DNA from: an uncultured Bacilli bacterium
Lineage (GTDB): Bacteria > Bacillota_I > Bacilli_A > RF39 > UBA660
Direction of reading: 5' to 3'
Assembly (NCBI GenBank): GCA_934085675.1
Contig: CAKOHH010000004.1
Coordinates: 9,709-73,708, forward strand
Length of the DNA stretch: 64,000 bases
The notes beneath the pieces were generated by a model. That model saw only the letters and a program-made list of their open reading frames with translations. It was not told where the DNA came from and ran no database searches. Positions 20,145-29,968 of the stretch are shown in pieces. A program made the translations under genes and the position numbers. How positions within the stretch are numbered: the stretch's first letter is position 1; every line of letters starts with the position of its first letter.

Positions 20145-21013
20145 TGTCTTCTATTTTCACTAATCATTTCTGTATCTATAGAAAGTTGTTTAATTCTTTC
20201 CATAATTCTCCGTGATTTTATTTTTTCTTCACTAGAATCATCCATGCAAAAATGTTTTTCTAATTCTGAAAGAGTTAAATTAGATGTAAAGAATGTTGTT
20301 AAATTACGATTCATTCTAGCCTGTAAAATCGTCCCTAATACTTCATCTCTTCCCCACTCACTTACTTTTTCGGCCCCGATATCATCAATACATAAAATAT
20401 CAATAGTTTGATATTCAAAAAGTCTTGCTTCATATTGTTCCCAATCTGATTTTAAAACCCGTAAAGTTTCAGGAAAATAAATAATTTTTACTTTGGCATC
20501 TTTTTTTTCTTTTAATTCATGAAGTAAAGCACTTATTAAAAAGGTTTTTCCAGCCCCAAAATTACCATGTAAATAAAGTCCTTTCATAGGTTTAGAAAAA
20601 GAAAATTCTTGATAAAAATTGTCTAACCATTTTATAACTAAAATTCTTTTTTTATCTTTAACATCAATATCTTTCATCCTAGCGGTCGTATTAATTTGTT
20701 CTTCACTCATTTTTTGTTTTTTTTCTTTAATTTCTTTCATTTTATATTTACATGGTTTATAGGTTGGATAAATCGTTTCATCCTTTTTCACTAAAATATT
20801 GATATGACCTTTTAAAGCATTCTTACATTCATATAAACCTTCACAATTTTGACAATTCTGTAATTCACTTAAAATATCTAAAAGTTTAGTTGTTCTAGTA
20901 AGAGCTTCTTCTTCTGTTAAATGTAATTTGGATATTAAAGCCTTAAATTGAGGATTTCTTGAAGCATCTTCATAATTTTTTTTTAAACTTTCATAGTCCT
21001 TTTTAAAGTACAT
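20141..21013 (-). CDS. dnaI: primosomal protein DnaI / helicase loader (IstB-like AAA+)
   Basis: 290 aa with a Walker A motif (LYLHGNFGAGKTFLISAL), Walker B (LCIDDIGAE) and an N-terminal Cys-rich region. Confidence 0.65.
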   Translation of the reverse strand: MYFKKDYESLKKNYEDASRNPQFKALISKLHLTEEEALTRTTKLLDILSELQNCQNCEGLYECKNALKGHINILVKKDETIYPTYKPCKYKMKEIKEKKQKMSEEQINTTARMKDIDVKDKKRILVIKWLDNFYQEFSFSKPMKGLYLHGNFGAGKTFLISALLHELKEKKDAKVKIIYFPETLRVLKSDWEQYEARLFEYQTIDILCIDDIGAEKVSEWGRDEVLGTILQARMNRNLTTFFTSNLTLSELEKHFCMDDSSEEKIKSRRIMERIKQLSIDTEMISENRRH

Positions 21014-21567
21014 ATTTCTTCTTCCTTTCTTCTTTCTTTTTGTTCTTCTTCATATATTTTTAAATAAATAGTTAAATTTTTATCATTTATAAAATTCATA
21101 CAACAATGTCCCGTAATTTGATTATAAAAATAAAAGTTATTTGTATTTTTAGCAACATAGTCACAAGAAACAATTCCTATTTTATGGGTATTTTGTATAA
21201 AGTAAACAAATTCTTGTCCTGTCAAAAGATAATTTCTTTCTTTCGCATATAAAACTAAATCTTCATAATTGTTAACGTCTTCCTTATTTAATTTTATATT
21301 TCTTCGTCGTAAAGTTGTTTTATCTGATAATGAAACATTAGTCCAACAGTTAAAAAAGAAATGATCTGGCGTTTCAAAAAACATTTGGACATTCAATAAT
21401 TCAGGACTTTCTTTTTTTTCTATAACAGAAACACATTGTAATGAGTAAGAAGAGGCTTTAATTAATTCATATTCACAGAAAGAAAGTAAATAATTTCTTT
21501 CAATAATATATTGTTCTAAATCAATATAACTAAAAATGTCTCGTTCATCAACACTAATATCATTCAT
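20983..21567 (-). CDS. hypothetical protein with internal duplication, inserted between the dnaB-like gene and dnaI
   Basis: 194 aa; two ERNYLL(S/T) repeats suggest a duplicated domain; overlaps both neighbours. Confidence 0.45.
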   Translation of the reverse strand: MNDISVDERDIFSYIDLEQYIIERNYLLSFCEYELIKASSYSLQCVSVIEKKESPELLNVQMFFETPDHFFFNCWTNVSLSDKTTLRRRNIKLNKEDVNNYEDLVLYAKERNYLLTGQEFVYFIQNTHKIGIVSCDYVAKNTNNFYFYNQITGHCCMNFINDKNLTIYLKIYEEEQKERRKEEEICTLKRTMKV

Positions 21568-22840
21568 ATTTTTTCAACATACTTTCTAATTCTTTTTCTT
21601 CTTCTTCAGTCATGCTTTCTTTGCTTATTTTTTCATCAAACCATACAGGTGGTTCTTCACTCACTTTTTTTACAGATACTTTATTAAATTTATTAACATA
21701 TTTTTTATGTTCTTTCTCTGCAACTTCCATCGCATCTTTGGCGGTTTCAATACCAAGACGTTTCCACTGCCCTGCAATCGTTTCTACAAAAGCATTATTA
21801 AGTTTATTATTATTTTTCTTTAAAACATAATCAATTAAAACATTTACAACAGCAGGTTTTAAACCAACATCTTCAAGCAAATATTCTAATAATTTTAAAT
21901 CTCTTACCGTAGGTGTTCCCGTTTTATATTTAGCACATAAAAAATCATAAGGTGTTGTGTTTTCAAAAACTTCAATGATTCTGCCCTTTTTAGAAGTATC
22001 ACCACTAGGACTTTTTAAGTATTCTGGTTGAGCACGATAGATAAGGGTTGGAAGTTTACCATGATTATTATACTGATAATATTTTCTTGTTTGGATTCTT
22101 AAGGTATCTTTATCAATGGCCCCTTTTTCATTTATAGAAAGTCTTATAATCTCACACATTTTTAAAGTATCAATATTGTAAACAAAAGAAAGATTATTAA
22201 TTAAAGACTTCATTCGTTTATTTAAAATTTTTTCATTTAACATTCCTTTGGGTAAAGATGATATTAAAAGGTCAAAATCAATTTGGTCTTGAACATTTAA
22301 AGGTAGAGTTTCTCTTCCTAAAGCCTCGATAGTTGGAACTTCACTAGATGATTTAAAAACTTCATCAAAATGGCTGGTCACTTCTTCATAGCCTTTTAAA
22401 TTAATATTTAAAACGCTATATTCTTTTTTTAACAAATTATATTCAAATGCTCCGATATTATTATATAGAACAACATTAAAAATAGGATTTTGAAAAAATT
22501 CTTTAGGATTCATCGGTGAATATAACTCATAAACATAATTATTTGGCTCACTCGCCATAAAATAAGTTCTTAAAAGACCAACCCCTTCTAAGGTTTGACG
22601 AGCCAGTTTTATACTATCTAAATTTGTTTTTAAAATAGTCATTAAATGATGATGATTATAATCAGCACTAACAAAATTATAACGGTCTAAATCTCGCCAT
22701 AAAGTGAGATATAAACTAACTGCTAAAGAGCCAATAATGGGCTCATAAAGACTAACTAAGTATTTACGGTCTTGATCAGTTAAAATTGTTTTATTTACAA
22801 TCATATATTTATCAGCTGGTAAAAGGGTAACTACTGCCAT
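21560..22840 (-). CDS. replication initiation and membrane attachment protein (Bacillus DnaB/DnaD-like)
   Basis: 426 aa; N-terminal LLPADKYMIVNKTILTDQDRKYLVSLYEPIIGSLAVSLYLTLW resembles the B. subtilis DnaB N-terminus; the gene order matches dnaB-dnaI. Confidence 0.55.
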   Translation of the reverse strand: MAVVTLLPADKYMIVNKTILTDQDRKYLVSLYEPIIGSLAVSLYLTLWRDLDRYNFVSADYNHHHLMTILKTNLDSIKLARQTLEGVGLLRTYFMASEPNNYVYELYSPMNPKEFFQNPIFNVVLYNNIGAFEYNLLKKEYSVLNINLKGYEEVTSHFDEVFKSSSEVPTIEALGRETLPLNVQDQIDFDLLISSLPKGMLNEKILNKRMKSLINNLSFVYNIDTLKMCEIIRLSINEKGAIDKDTLRIQTRKYYQYNNHGKLPTLIYRAQPEYLKSPSGDTSKKGRIIEVFENTTPYDFLCAKYKTGTPTVRDLKLLEYLLEDVGLKPAVVNVLIDYVLKKNNNKLNNAFVETIAGQWKRLGIETAKDAMEVAEKEHKKYVNKFNKVSVKKVSEEPPVWFDEKISKESMTEEEEKELESMLKKYE

Positions 22841-22905
22841 ACTAAAGACCGCCTTCCTACTTTTATTATATAGAATTATTAATTTTAAGACAAGAAAAAA
22901 AGACC

Positions 22906-23610
22906 TTATTTTTTTGAAGTCTTTATTTTTTTTATTTCTTGTGGTTCTTCTTTATGATTTAAGATAGTTATTTGGGCTTCTAAGTTTTCTACCTTGGCTG
23001 TTAAAGCCTTATTTTGATTATTAGTAACTGCCAATATGATTCCAGTTGCCGCAGCAAGGAAAACAAAATTCCAAATAATAACCGCTGTACTTGAAGTTCC
23101 TGATGCTTTTTTAGAATCGCCATTTTCAATTTCTTTTAAAATATCGTAACGAGCGTCTTTTTTTGTATCATACAAACTTTTAATAGCGCTTTTAATTTTT
23201 TCATCATAAGAACTACTATATCCTGTAAATACTTGGTCGCCAATAACAATGAAAGGCACTCCATCAGCACTCTTATCTAAAACTTTCGCAGCCTTATCCA
23301 TTAAATCTGCATTTGAAGAATTACTCCATACTTCATATCCAACAACTTTAAAGTATTTGCCATACTCAGGAATGATACTATTTAAAAATTCTAAGAATTT
23401 TTGACAATATCCACAACTTTGACCATAGAATAAATAAACAATTGCTTGATCATCATTTTCACTATAGTTACTAAAATCATGAGTAATATTCTTTGATGTT
23501 AAAATTTCGTCTAAGTTTTCACCTTTGACTTCATCAGCAAAAACATGAGTTGGTAAAATCATAACTACCAATAATAATAAAGTTATCCAAACTTTTTTCA
23601 TAAACAACAC
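22906..23610 (-). CDS. thioredoxin-fold thiol-disulfide oxidoreductase, secreted/membrane-anchored
   Basis: 234 aa with a signal peptide, a CGYC active-site motif and a C-terminal TM anchor. Confidence 0.55.
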   Translation of the reverse strand: MLFMKKVWITLLLLVVMILPTHVFADEVKGENLDEILTSKNITHDFSNYSENDDQAIVYLFYGQSCGYCQKFLEFLNSIIPEYGKYFKVVGYEVWSNSSNADLMDKAAKVLDKSADGVPFIVIGDQVFTGYSSSYDEKIKSAIKSLYDTKKDARYDILKEIENGDSKKASGTSSTAVIIWNFVFLAAATGIILAVTNNQNKALTAKVENLEAQITILNHKEEPQEIKKIKTSKK

Positions 23611-23617
23611 TCTCTTT

Positions 23618-23905
23618 CTAATTTAATTTATCAAATAAACTGATAACATCATCAATAGCACTTAAATTATCATTCTTTAACTCATCAACGATACAAGTTT
23701 GTAAATGATTTTTGAGCATTTCCGTACCAAGGCTTTTTAAAGATTTATTAATTGCAGAAATTTGAATCATTATTTCATCACAATAACGATCTTCCAAAAC
23801 CATTTCTTTAACGCCTCTTACTTGACCTTCAATGATATTTAAGCGTTTTATTAAATTTTTCTTTTCTTCGGTGCTTCGATGTTTTTTGCAAATACATTTT
23901 GCCAT
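23618..23905 (-). CDS. csoR: CsoR/RcnR family metal-sensing transcriptional repressor
   Basis: 95 aa with a DUF156 pattern (LIKRLNIIEGQVRGVKEMV, C and H ligands). Confidence 0.65.
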   Translation of the reverse strand: MAKCICKKHRSTEEKKNLIKRLNIIEGQVRGVKEMVLEDRYCDEIMIQISAINKSLKSLGTEMLKNHLQTCIVDELKNDNLSAIDDVISLFDKLN

Positions 23906-23948
23906 TTTTCATCACCGACTTCATTATATACCCTTATGAGGTATAAAA

Positions 23949-24569
23949 TCAATTATCTTTTAGTTTTTTCACCATTTTTTCATAATTATCACTTAAACAA
24001 ATATAAGAACCCGCGACCACCTCATCAACATAAGGCCTTACCATTTTTATGGTAAAATCGTTAATTCCCCCATCAACTGAAATTTCTTTATGAAATAATT
24101 CTCTTATATTTTTTAATTTTTCAGGCGTTGTTTCTATAAATGTTTGTCCTCCTTTACCTGGATGAACACTCATAACTAAAATAGAATCAATCTCATTAAA
24201 ATAAGGAGATAATTTACTAATATCCGTTTCAGGATTAATGGCTAACCCTTTTTCTATACCTAGCCGATCAAGTAATAAAAGACAGTCTTTCACATTATCT
24301 ATTTCACAGGGAATCGTGATGCGCATTGGTCTTAAAATACTTAAATCTACAATCGTATTAAAAGGATTTTCCATCATTAAATGGATATCTAACTTCTTTG
24401 TACTCTCATTTAATAGGGCTAAGACTGGTTCTTTTTGATAATTATTCTCGCCACAAAAAAGACCATCCATTAAATCAACATGTAAATAATCACCTGTTGT
24501 TTCATTTATTTTTTTTATAGTTGTTAAACTATCTTCCTTACTTTTTAAATAGGAAATAGATACTTTCAT
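23949..24569 (-). CDS. rpe: ribulose-phosphate 3-epimerase
   Basis: 206 aa with HVDLMDG and VMSVHPGKGGQ motifs of the RPE family. Confidence 0.75.
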   Translation of the reverse strand: MKVSISYLKSKEDSLTTIKKINETTGDYLHVDLMDGLFCGENNYQKEPVLALLNESTKKLDIHLMMENPFNTIVDLSILRPMRITIPCEIDNVKDCLLLLDRLGIEKGLAINPETDISKLSPYFNEIDSILVMSVHPGKGGQTFIETTPEKLKNIRELFHKEISVDGGINDFTIKMVRPYVDEVVAGSYICLSDNYEKMVKKLKDN

Positions 24570-24608
24570 ATAATCAAGTCCTCTCTAAAAGATTATAACA
24601 CATTTTTC

Positions 24609-27047
24609 TTATTCTCTTTCTTGATAATTAAAATCTCTAATTTGTTTGTTATCAAAATCAAAATCAACAGTAATATCACCTATTTGGTTATCTTTATAAG
24701 CAAGAAAAACAAGATATATTTTACCATCTTTCATTAAGATATCTCCCATAGTTTGGGATAAATAATAATCTTTAAAAATTTCTTGAAAAAGCACTGGTAA
24801 ATTTTTATATTCTTCTTGAATGCTTTTTAATAAAGAAGAATATTTAGATGAACTTACATCTATATTAGATATAATTCTTGCCAAGATATATTTAAAGGTA
24901 TTGTCACTATCTAAAGTCGTATCCTTTTCCTTCTTATATAAATCAATTAAGGCCTCAGCAATTAAAATAGTTTGTTTATCATTTACATTTTTAATAACTT
25001 GCGTTTGAGCCGTAAAAGCATCTAATAAAGAAGTAACTTCTTCTTTTGAATATCCTAATTGAAACCATAATTCTTTAAAATATTCATCACTTGCAAAATA
25101 CCATTTAGAAATATTTTCACTACCGAGGATGTATTCTAAAGCTTCTAGAATATGGGGTGCAGGAGCATAGGAATCCATTTCGTTGGTAAAATATTTAGCC
25201 GTATAAATTTCAGCCCCAGCTTCGGTGATAAAGTTGGTATTTAAATAAAGTCTTTCACAATCTTTTAAATTAGATGAAGAAACTTTATAATCACTAGCAC
25301 ACTTATAAAGATTGTAAGAATATGTGTTTTTATTTATAGAAAAATCAACAAAGTGCATTAGTTCATGATAAAGCGTACCCTTATCTTTTTCATGATAATT
25401 TATCGTGGTTGTCCCATCAATATATAAAGCAGCCACCCCAGTTGGTAAGTCAGAAGTATAGGATATATTTAATTCTTTTAATTTTTTTAAAAAAGAAAAT
25501 TCATCTAAATAATTTTTAGCATCTACAACTACAGAAAAAATATTCATAACTTCTTGTTGGTAAGGTTCTAAAGATTTATTTTTGGTAACTAGATAAGCAT
25601 ATTTTGTAAAGAAATCTTCATTATCTTCTATTTTCTTCTCCATATTTTGTAAATTATATGTTGCTATAACCTCTTCTTTGTTTAAAGGTATTTCTTCTTT
25701 TTGATTAATGTCTATTTTATTTCCTTTTTCTATTTTATAAAGATAAGTATGAAATAAAGTTTTCGCGACAAGGAGATTATCATAAAAAATAGCTTCGTTA
25801 TAGGAAATATTACTTATTTTCTCACTATTTTGATAAAGGGTTATTGCCCCCGATTGTAAAGAAGTATAGCAAAAAGAATCTTGACATGTTGCATAAGAAA
25901 ACGCATCAGAAATAATATTCAAATTTTTATCTAAAAAATAAGATTTTGCAGTTATCAAATCATAACCTTCATAAAGAGTATCATTTAAAACACTAATTTC
26001 TATATTTTCCTTAACAAGTTTTCCTTTTTCATCATAAATTTTAATACTATTTTGATCATTTTCTAAAAAATAGCCCATGATATACTGACCAACTTTTTGA
26101 AAACGGTTGGCATATATCATCTCATCTTTAGTTTTTAAAAAACTTTTTGTTTCTAAAGAACCTACAAAAACATCTTTAAAAGGTTCTTCATAATAAAGAC
26201 TACAACTATCTATTATAAGAGTACCATCCTTATTTACTAATTTTCCACCCTCTTGACAGTCCGTAAAATCCATATAATAATCATTAATATTTGTATGATT
26301 TTGATAAATTTTATTGTTGTAAATATAATAAGTACCATCCTTATTTTTTAATACATTATTTTCACTAATAGTAACATCATCTAAAATGATTTTTTTAGCT
26401 ATTGTATTAACGATTTTATAGGTATCATCATATGATAAGGCAAAGTAAGATGGTACACCGGTATAATTTTCAAAGTTAACATAAGAATTAAAGGATTTAG
26501 CCATAACTTCTTTGGTTGTTAAATCAATCATTTCATTTTCTTGATTATTAAAGAAAAGAAGTAAGATATCATTAATGATTGTATAATAAGAAATGTCTTT
26601 AGCCTGATCATTTGCTAAAGTATAAATTTCTTTTAATTCTTTATTATAAAGGGTATTGTTTATAAAGAAATATTCTTCACTATTTAAATTAGTTAAATTT
26701 TCTTCTCCCTCTAATAAAACTTCACCAGTTAAAGAAAGTATTTTTATATGAGTATTATTTTTAATGGCCAGAAATGTGTTATTTAAAATATGATAATCTG
26801 TATAATTTTCATTATATTGAAATAATTCTTGATTTTCAAAATTATAAAGTGTTATGCCCTTTTCGTTTTCAAGTAAATAAAAGTTAGGATAAACTTTTGC
26901 TTCTGGATTATCAAGCGTTATCATAGAAGTGATATTTAAAGTTTCTTCATTAATTTTTTTATTTTTAAATAAATAAAAGCCACCATTTAAAAGAACTATT
27001 CCTATTAAAATGATGGTTAATATTAAAATTACTTTTTTCTTTTTCAC
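24609..27047 (-). CDS. large membrane-anchored extracytoplasmic protein with an HExxH motif
   Basis: 812 aa with an N-terminal TM anchor, an Asn/Tyr-rich body and a zincin-like LYHELMHFVD motif in the C-terminal third. Confidence 0.5.
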   Translation of the reverse strand: MKKKKVILILTIILIGIVLLNGGFYLFKNKKINEETLNITSMITLDNPEAKVYPNFYLLENEKGITLYNFENQELFQYNENYTDYHILNNTFLAIKNNTHIKILSLTGEVLLEGEENLTNLNSEEYFFINNTLYNKELKEIYTLANDQAKDISYYTIINDILLLFFNNQENEMIDLTTKEVMAKSFNSYVNFENYTGVPSYFALSYDDTYKIVNTIAKKIILDDVTISENNVLKNKDGTYYIYNNKIYQNHTNINDYYMDFTDCQEGGKLVNKDGTLIIDSCSLYYEEPFKDVFVGSLETKSFLKTKDEMIYANRFQKVGQYIMGYFLENDQNSIKIYDEKGKLVKENIEISVLNDTLYEGYDLITAKSYFLDKNLNIISDAFSYATCQDSFCYTSLQSGAITLYQNSEKISNISYNEAIFYDNLLVAKTLFHTYLYKIEKGNKIDINQKEEIPLNKEEVIATYNLQNMEKKIEDNEDFFTKYAYLVTKNKSLEPYQQEVMNIFSVVVDAKNYLDEFSFLKKLKELNISYTSDLPTGVAALYIDGTTTINYHEKDKGTLYHELMHFVDFSINKNTYSYNLYKCASDYKVSSSNLKDCERLYLNTNFITEAGAEIYTAKYFTNEMDSYAPAPHILEALEYILGSENISKWYFASDEYFKELWFQLGYSKEEVTSLLDAFTAQTQVIKNVNDKQTILIAEALIDLYKKEKDTTLDSDNTFKYILARIISNIDVSSSKYSSLLKSIQEEYKNLPVLFQEIFKDYYLSQTMGDILMKDGKIYLVFLAYKDNQIGDITVDFDFDNKQIRDFNYQERE

Positions 27048-27321
27048 AATAATTCCTACTCTCTAGGATTATTTTAACATGAATTTTAAGATAATGCTTT
27101 ATTATTTATATAAGGATATAGCCATTAAAATAAATATTATTATAATTAATTTCTAAATATACATATTTAGGCAAAACATAATTGTTGATAAACATCAATT
27201 TGTTTATTACATTAATAATATATTATTTGTATGGGGTTCGTGGTATCTCAGACGGTAAGAACTGGTTTATCCAGTTTTTATTTTTGGAATGAAAACATAT
27301 TTTTACACTTCATTTCAACTA

Positions 27322-28518
27322 TTATTTTCTTTTCATTACACAAAGAATTTCTGCATGTTTACTATAAGAAAACATATCGTAAAGTTTTATTGACTGAATT
27401 TCATAGTATTTAGTAAACTCTTTTAAATCTCTTACTAACGTTAATGGGTTACAAGAAACATATAAAATTTTAGGAATATTAGCGTCAATAAGTGTCTTTA
27501 TCACAATAGGTTTTAAGCCACTTCTTGGTGGATCTACTAAAGAAAGTGTAACATTATGTTTTACCTTAGGTAAAATATTTTCTACTTTGCCAACATTAAA
27601 AGATACGTTTTCAATATGATTTAAACGGGCATTTTCTAAAGCCATTAAAATTGCCTCTTTATTTTCTTCGATACCTATAACACTCTTAGCTTTTAAAGCC
27701 AAAGGAAGAGAAAAGAAACCTACTCCACAGTAAAGATCATATACTTCATCTTTAGGATTTACATAAGTCATGACATCTTTTTTTATCTTTTCGGAAATAT
27801 AGGCATTTACTTGAAAGAAGGAATGAAAAGAATAACGATAATAAATATTTCCTCTTTGTTCTTCTAAAATATTGGTCCCATAAACCAGTTTATTATTAAG
27901 TAAAATACCTTTAATCGAGTGCTTTTTTGTTAATTGTTCTAAAATAGAAATTTTATCTTGGGTTTTAATATTTAAAAGCATATCCCCTTTACTGTTTGTT
28001 TGAATAACAAGTTCACCATTTTGAAAATGAAACATGGAAAAGTCTTTTAAAAGACTCTCAATAAAAGTACTTAACAAAAAGCAATTTCTAATGGGAATGA
28101 AACGATGACTTTGTTCTTCATAGTAACCAAACTCTCCTTCTTGGACCTTTAAACTCACTTTATTACGATAACCTAAAACAGGTCTTGAAGGTTCTATTTC
28201 TAAAGAAGAAAAAGAAATATTGTTTTGTTTTAATAAATCACTGATAATTTCTTTTTTATACTTTAGGGAATTTGCATAGGAAAGATGCGAAAAAGTACAA
28301 CCACCACAAAGACTACTATAAGGGCAAAAAGAAGGTATTCTTTCCGGACTTTTCTTTATTATTTCATTAAGCCTAGCGACATTATAATGCTTTTCACACT
28401 TTTCTAAACTGATATCAACAACTTCCCCATTTAAAGCTTTAGGAACAAATGTCACCTTACCATCAATATGACAAAGTCCTCTTCCTTCATAATCAAATTT
28501 TTCAATACATACTTTCAT
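27322..28518 (-). CDS. rlmD: 23S rRNA (uracil-C5)-methyltransferase RlmD/RumA family (TRAM + Fe-S + SAM MTase)
   Basis: 398 aa with an N-terminal TRAM domain, an Fe-S cluster Cys motif (CPYSSLCGGC), a SAM motif (DLYCGVGFF), DPPRSG and the catalytic SCNP. Confidence 0.8.
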   Translation of the reverse strand: MKVCIEKFDYEGRGLCHIDGKVTFVPKALNGEVVDISLEKCEKHYNVARLNEIIKKSPERIPSFCPYSSLCGGCTFSHLSYANSLKYKKEIISDLLKQNNISFSSLEIEPSRPVLGYRNKVSLKVQEGEFGYYEEQSHRFIPIRNCFLLSTFIESLLKDFSMFHFQNGELVIQTNSKGDMLLNIKTQDKISILEQLTKKHSIKGILLNNKLVYGTNILEEQRGNIYYRYSFHSFFQVNAYISEKIKKDVMTYVNPKDEVYDLYCGVGFFSLPLALKAKSVIGIEENKEAILMALENARLNHIENVSFNVGKVENILPKVKHNVTLSLVDPPRSGLKPIVIKTLIDANIPKILYVSCNPLTLVRDLKEFTKYYEIQSIKLYDMFSYSKHAEILCVMKRK

Positions 28519-28743
28519 AAGATCATCGCTTTCTTTTTAAAAGAGTATCATATGCTAACTTTTTTTGCAAGAAACGCATAATTTTTGTTAATCCTTAGTT
28601 AAACTATCACCTATAATTTATCTCTACAATATAAAGATAAGTTTCTTCACCAAAAGAAAATAAATTTTGAAAAATTTCCATATGTAAAGAAAAAAACTGT
28701 CGAAATTAATTACATAATTTATCAACAGTCCCTACCTAATATA

Positions 28744-29121
28744 TTATTTATTTTTATGATACTTTATTATATAAGTATTATAAAAATCATGTTGCGTAAC
28801 TTTAATTTCAAATTCTAAATCAGAATAGACAGAATTTAAACTTTTTTCTAAATTTTCTAACTCTTTTGTTAAAGATTCATAATCTTTTTTAGAGCGAAAA
28901 GTTGCCACATGAGAACAGCATTCCGATACAAAACAAGATTTTTCAGGAATATCAATCTTGTCCTTTGTAACTAATTCATATTGTTTTTGATTATAAAGTG
29001 TTTGACAACGATTTCCAAATTCATCCCTAGGATTAATTATAAAATTATAAACCAAGTAAATACTCACTAGCAAAATCAATATAGAAATAATAATAGTTCT
29101 TTGTTTCCAACCATTTCTCAT
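28744..29121 (-). CDS. small membrane-anchored hypothetical protein
   Basis: 125 aa with an N-terminal TM segment and Cys pairs; lies between rlmD and its truncated duplicate. Confidence 0.45.
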   Translation of the reverse strand: MRNGWKQRTIIISILILLVSIYLVYNFIINPRDEFGNRCQTLYNQKQYELVTKDKIDIPEKSCFVSECCSHVATFRSKKDYESLTKELENLEKSLNSVYSDLEFEIKVTQHDFYNTYIIKYHKNK

Positions 29122-29250
29122 AAATTTCTCCTTTTCCCAAAAAAACTCTTGTTTTTAACCATCGTTAGCACATCTGCTCATCAATTAATGTTAATTATAA
29201 CATAATTTTTTTATTTCATATACTTTTCTTTCTGATTAAATTATATATGA

Positions 29251-29877
29251 TTAAAAATGTTTCAATAAAGATCTTTGTAATGGTTTAGTAAATTCTTCTA
29301 AAATAGAAATTTTATCTTGGGTTTTAATATTTAAAAGCATCTCCCCTTTACTATTTGTTTGTATAATAAGTTCGCCATTTTGAAAATGAAACATAGAAAA
29401 ATCTTTTAAAAGACTTTCAATAAAAGGACTTAACAAATAACAATTTTTAATAGGAATGAAACGATGACTTTGTTCTTCGTAGTAGCCAAACTCTTTTTCT
29501 TCTACTTTTAAACTTACTTTATTACGATATCCTAAAACAGGTCTTGAAGGAATAATTTCTAAAGAAGAAAAAGAAATATTGTTTTGTTTTAATAAATCAC
29601 TGATAATTTCTTTTTTGTACTTTAGGGAATTTTCATAGGAAAGATGAGAAAAAGCACAGCCACCACAAAGACTACTATAAGGGCAAAAAGAAGGTATTCT
29701 TTCTGGACTTTTCTCTATTATTTCATTAAGTTTAGCTACGTTATAATGCTTTTCACTCTTTTCTAAACTGATATCAACAACTTCGCCTTTTAAAGCCTTA
29801 GGTACAAAAGTTACTTTACCATCAATATGGCAAAGTCCTCTCCCTTCATAATCAAATTTTTCAATACGTACTTTCAT
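29251..29877 (-). pseudogene. truncated duplicate of the rlmD 5' half (TRAM + Fe-S region only)
   Basis: 208 aa ORF about 90% identical at protein and DNA level to the N-terminus of 27322..28518; the duplication extends about 75 bp upstream of the start codon, and the ORF lacks the MTase domain. Confidence 0.6.
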
Positions 29878-29968
29878 AAAATCATCGCTTTCTTTTTAAG
29901 AAGAGTATCATATGCCAACTTTTTTTTCAAGAAACGCATAAATTTTTTTCCTTTGTTTCATATTAAAA

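Noticed and set aside
27225-27300. tRNA-like fragment (ggggttcgtggtatctcagacggtaagaac) between the 812-aa gene and rlmD
   Set aside because: It does not fold into a cloverleaf: there is no matching acceptor stem, T-loop or CCA. It is probably chance similarity in a promoter/terminator spacer.
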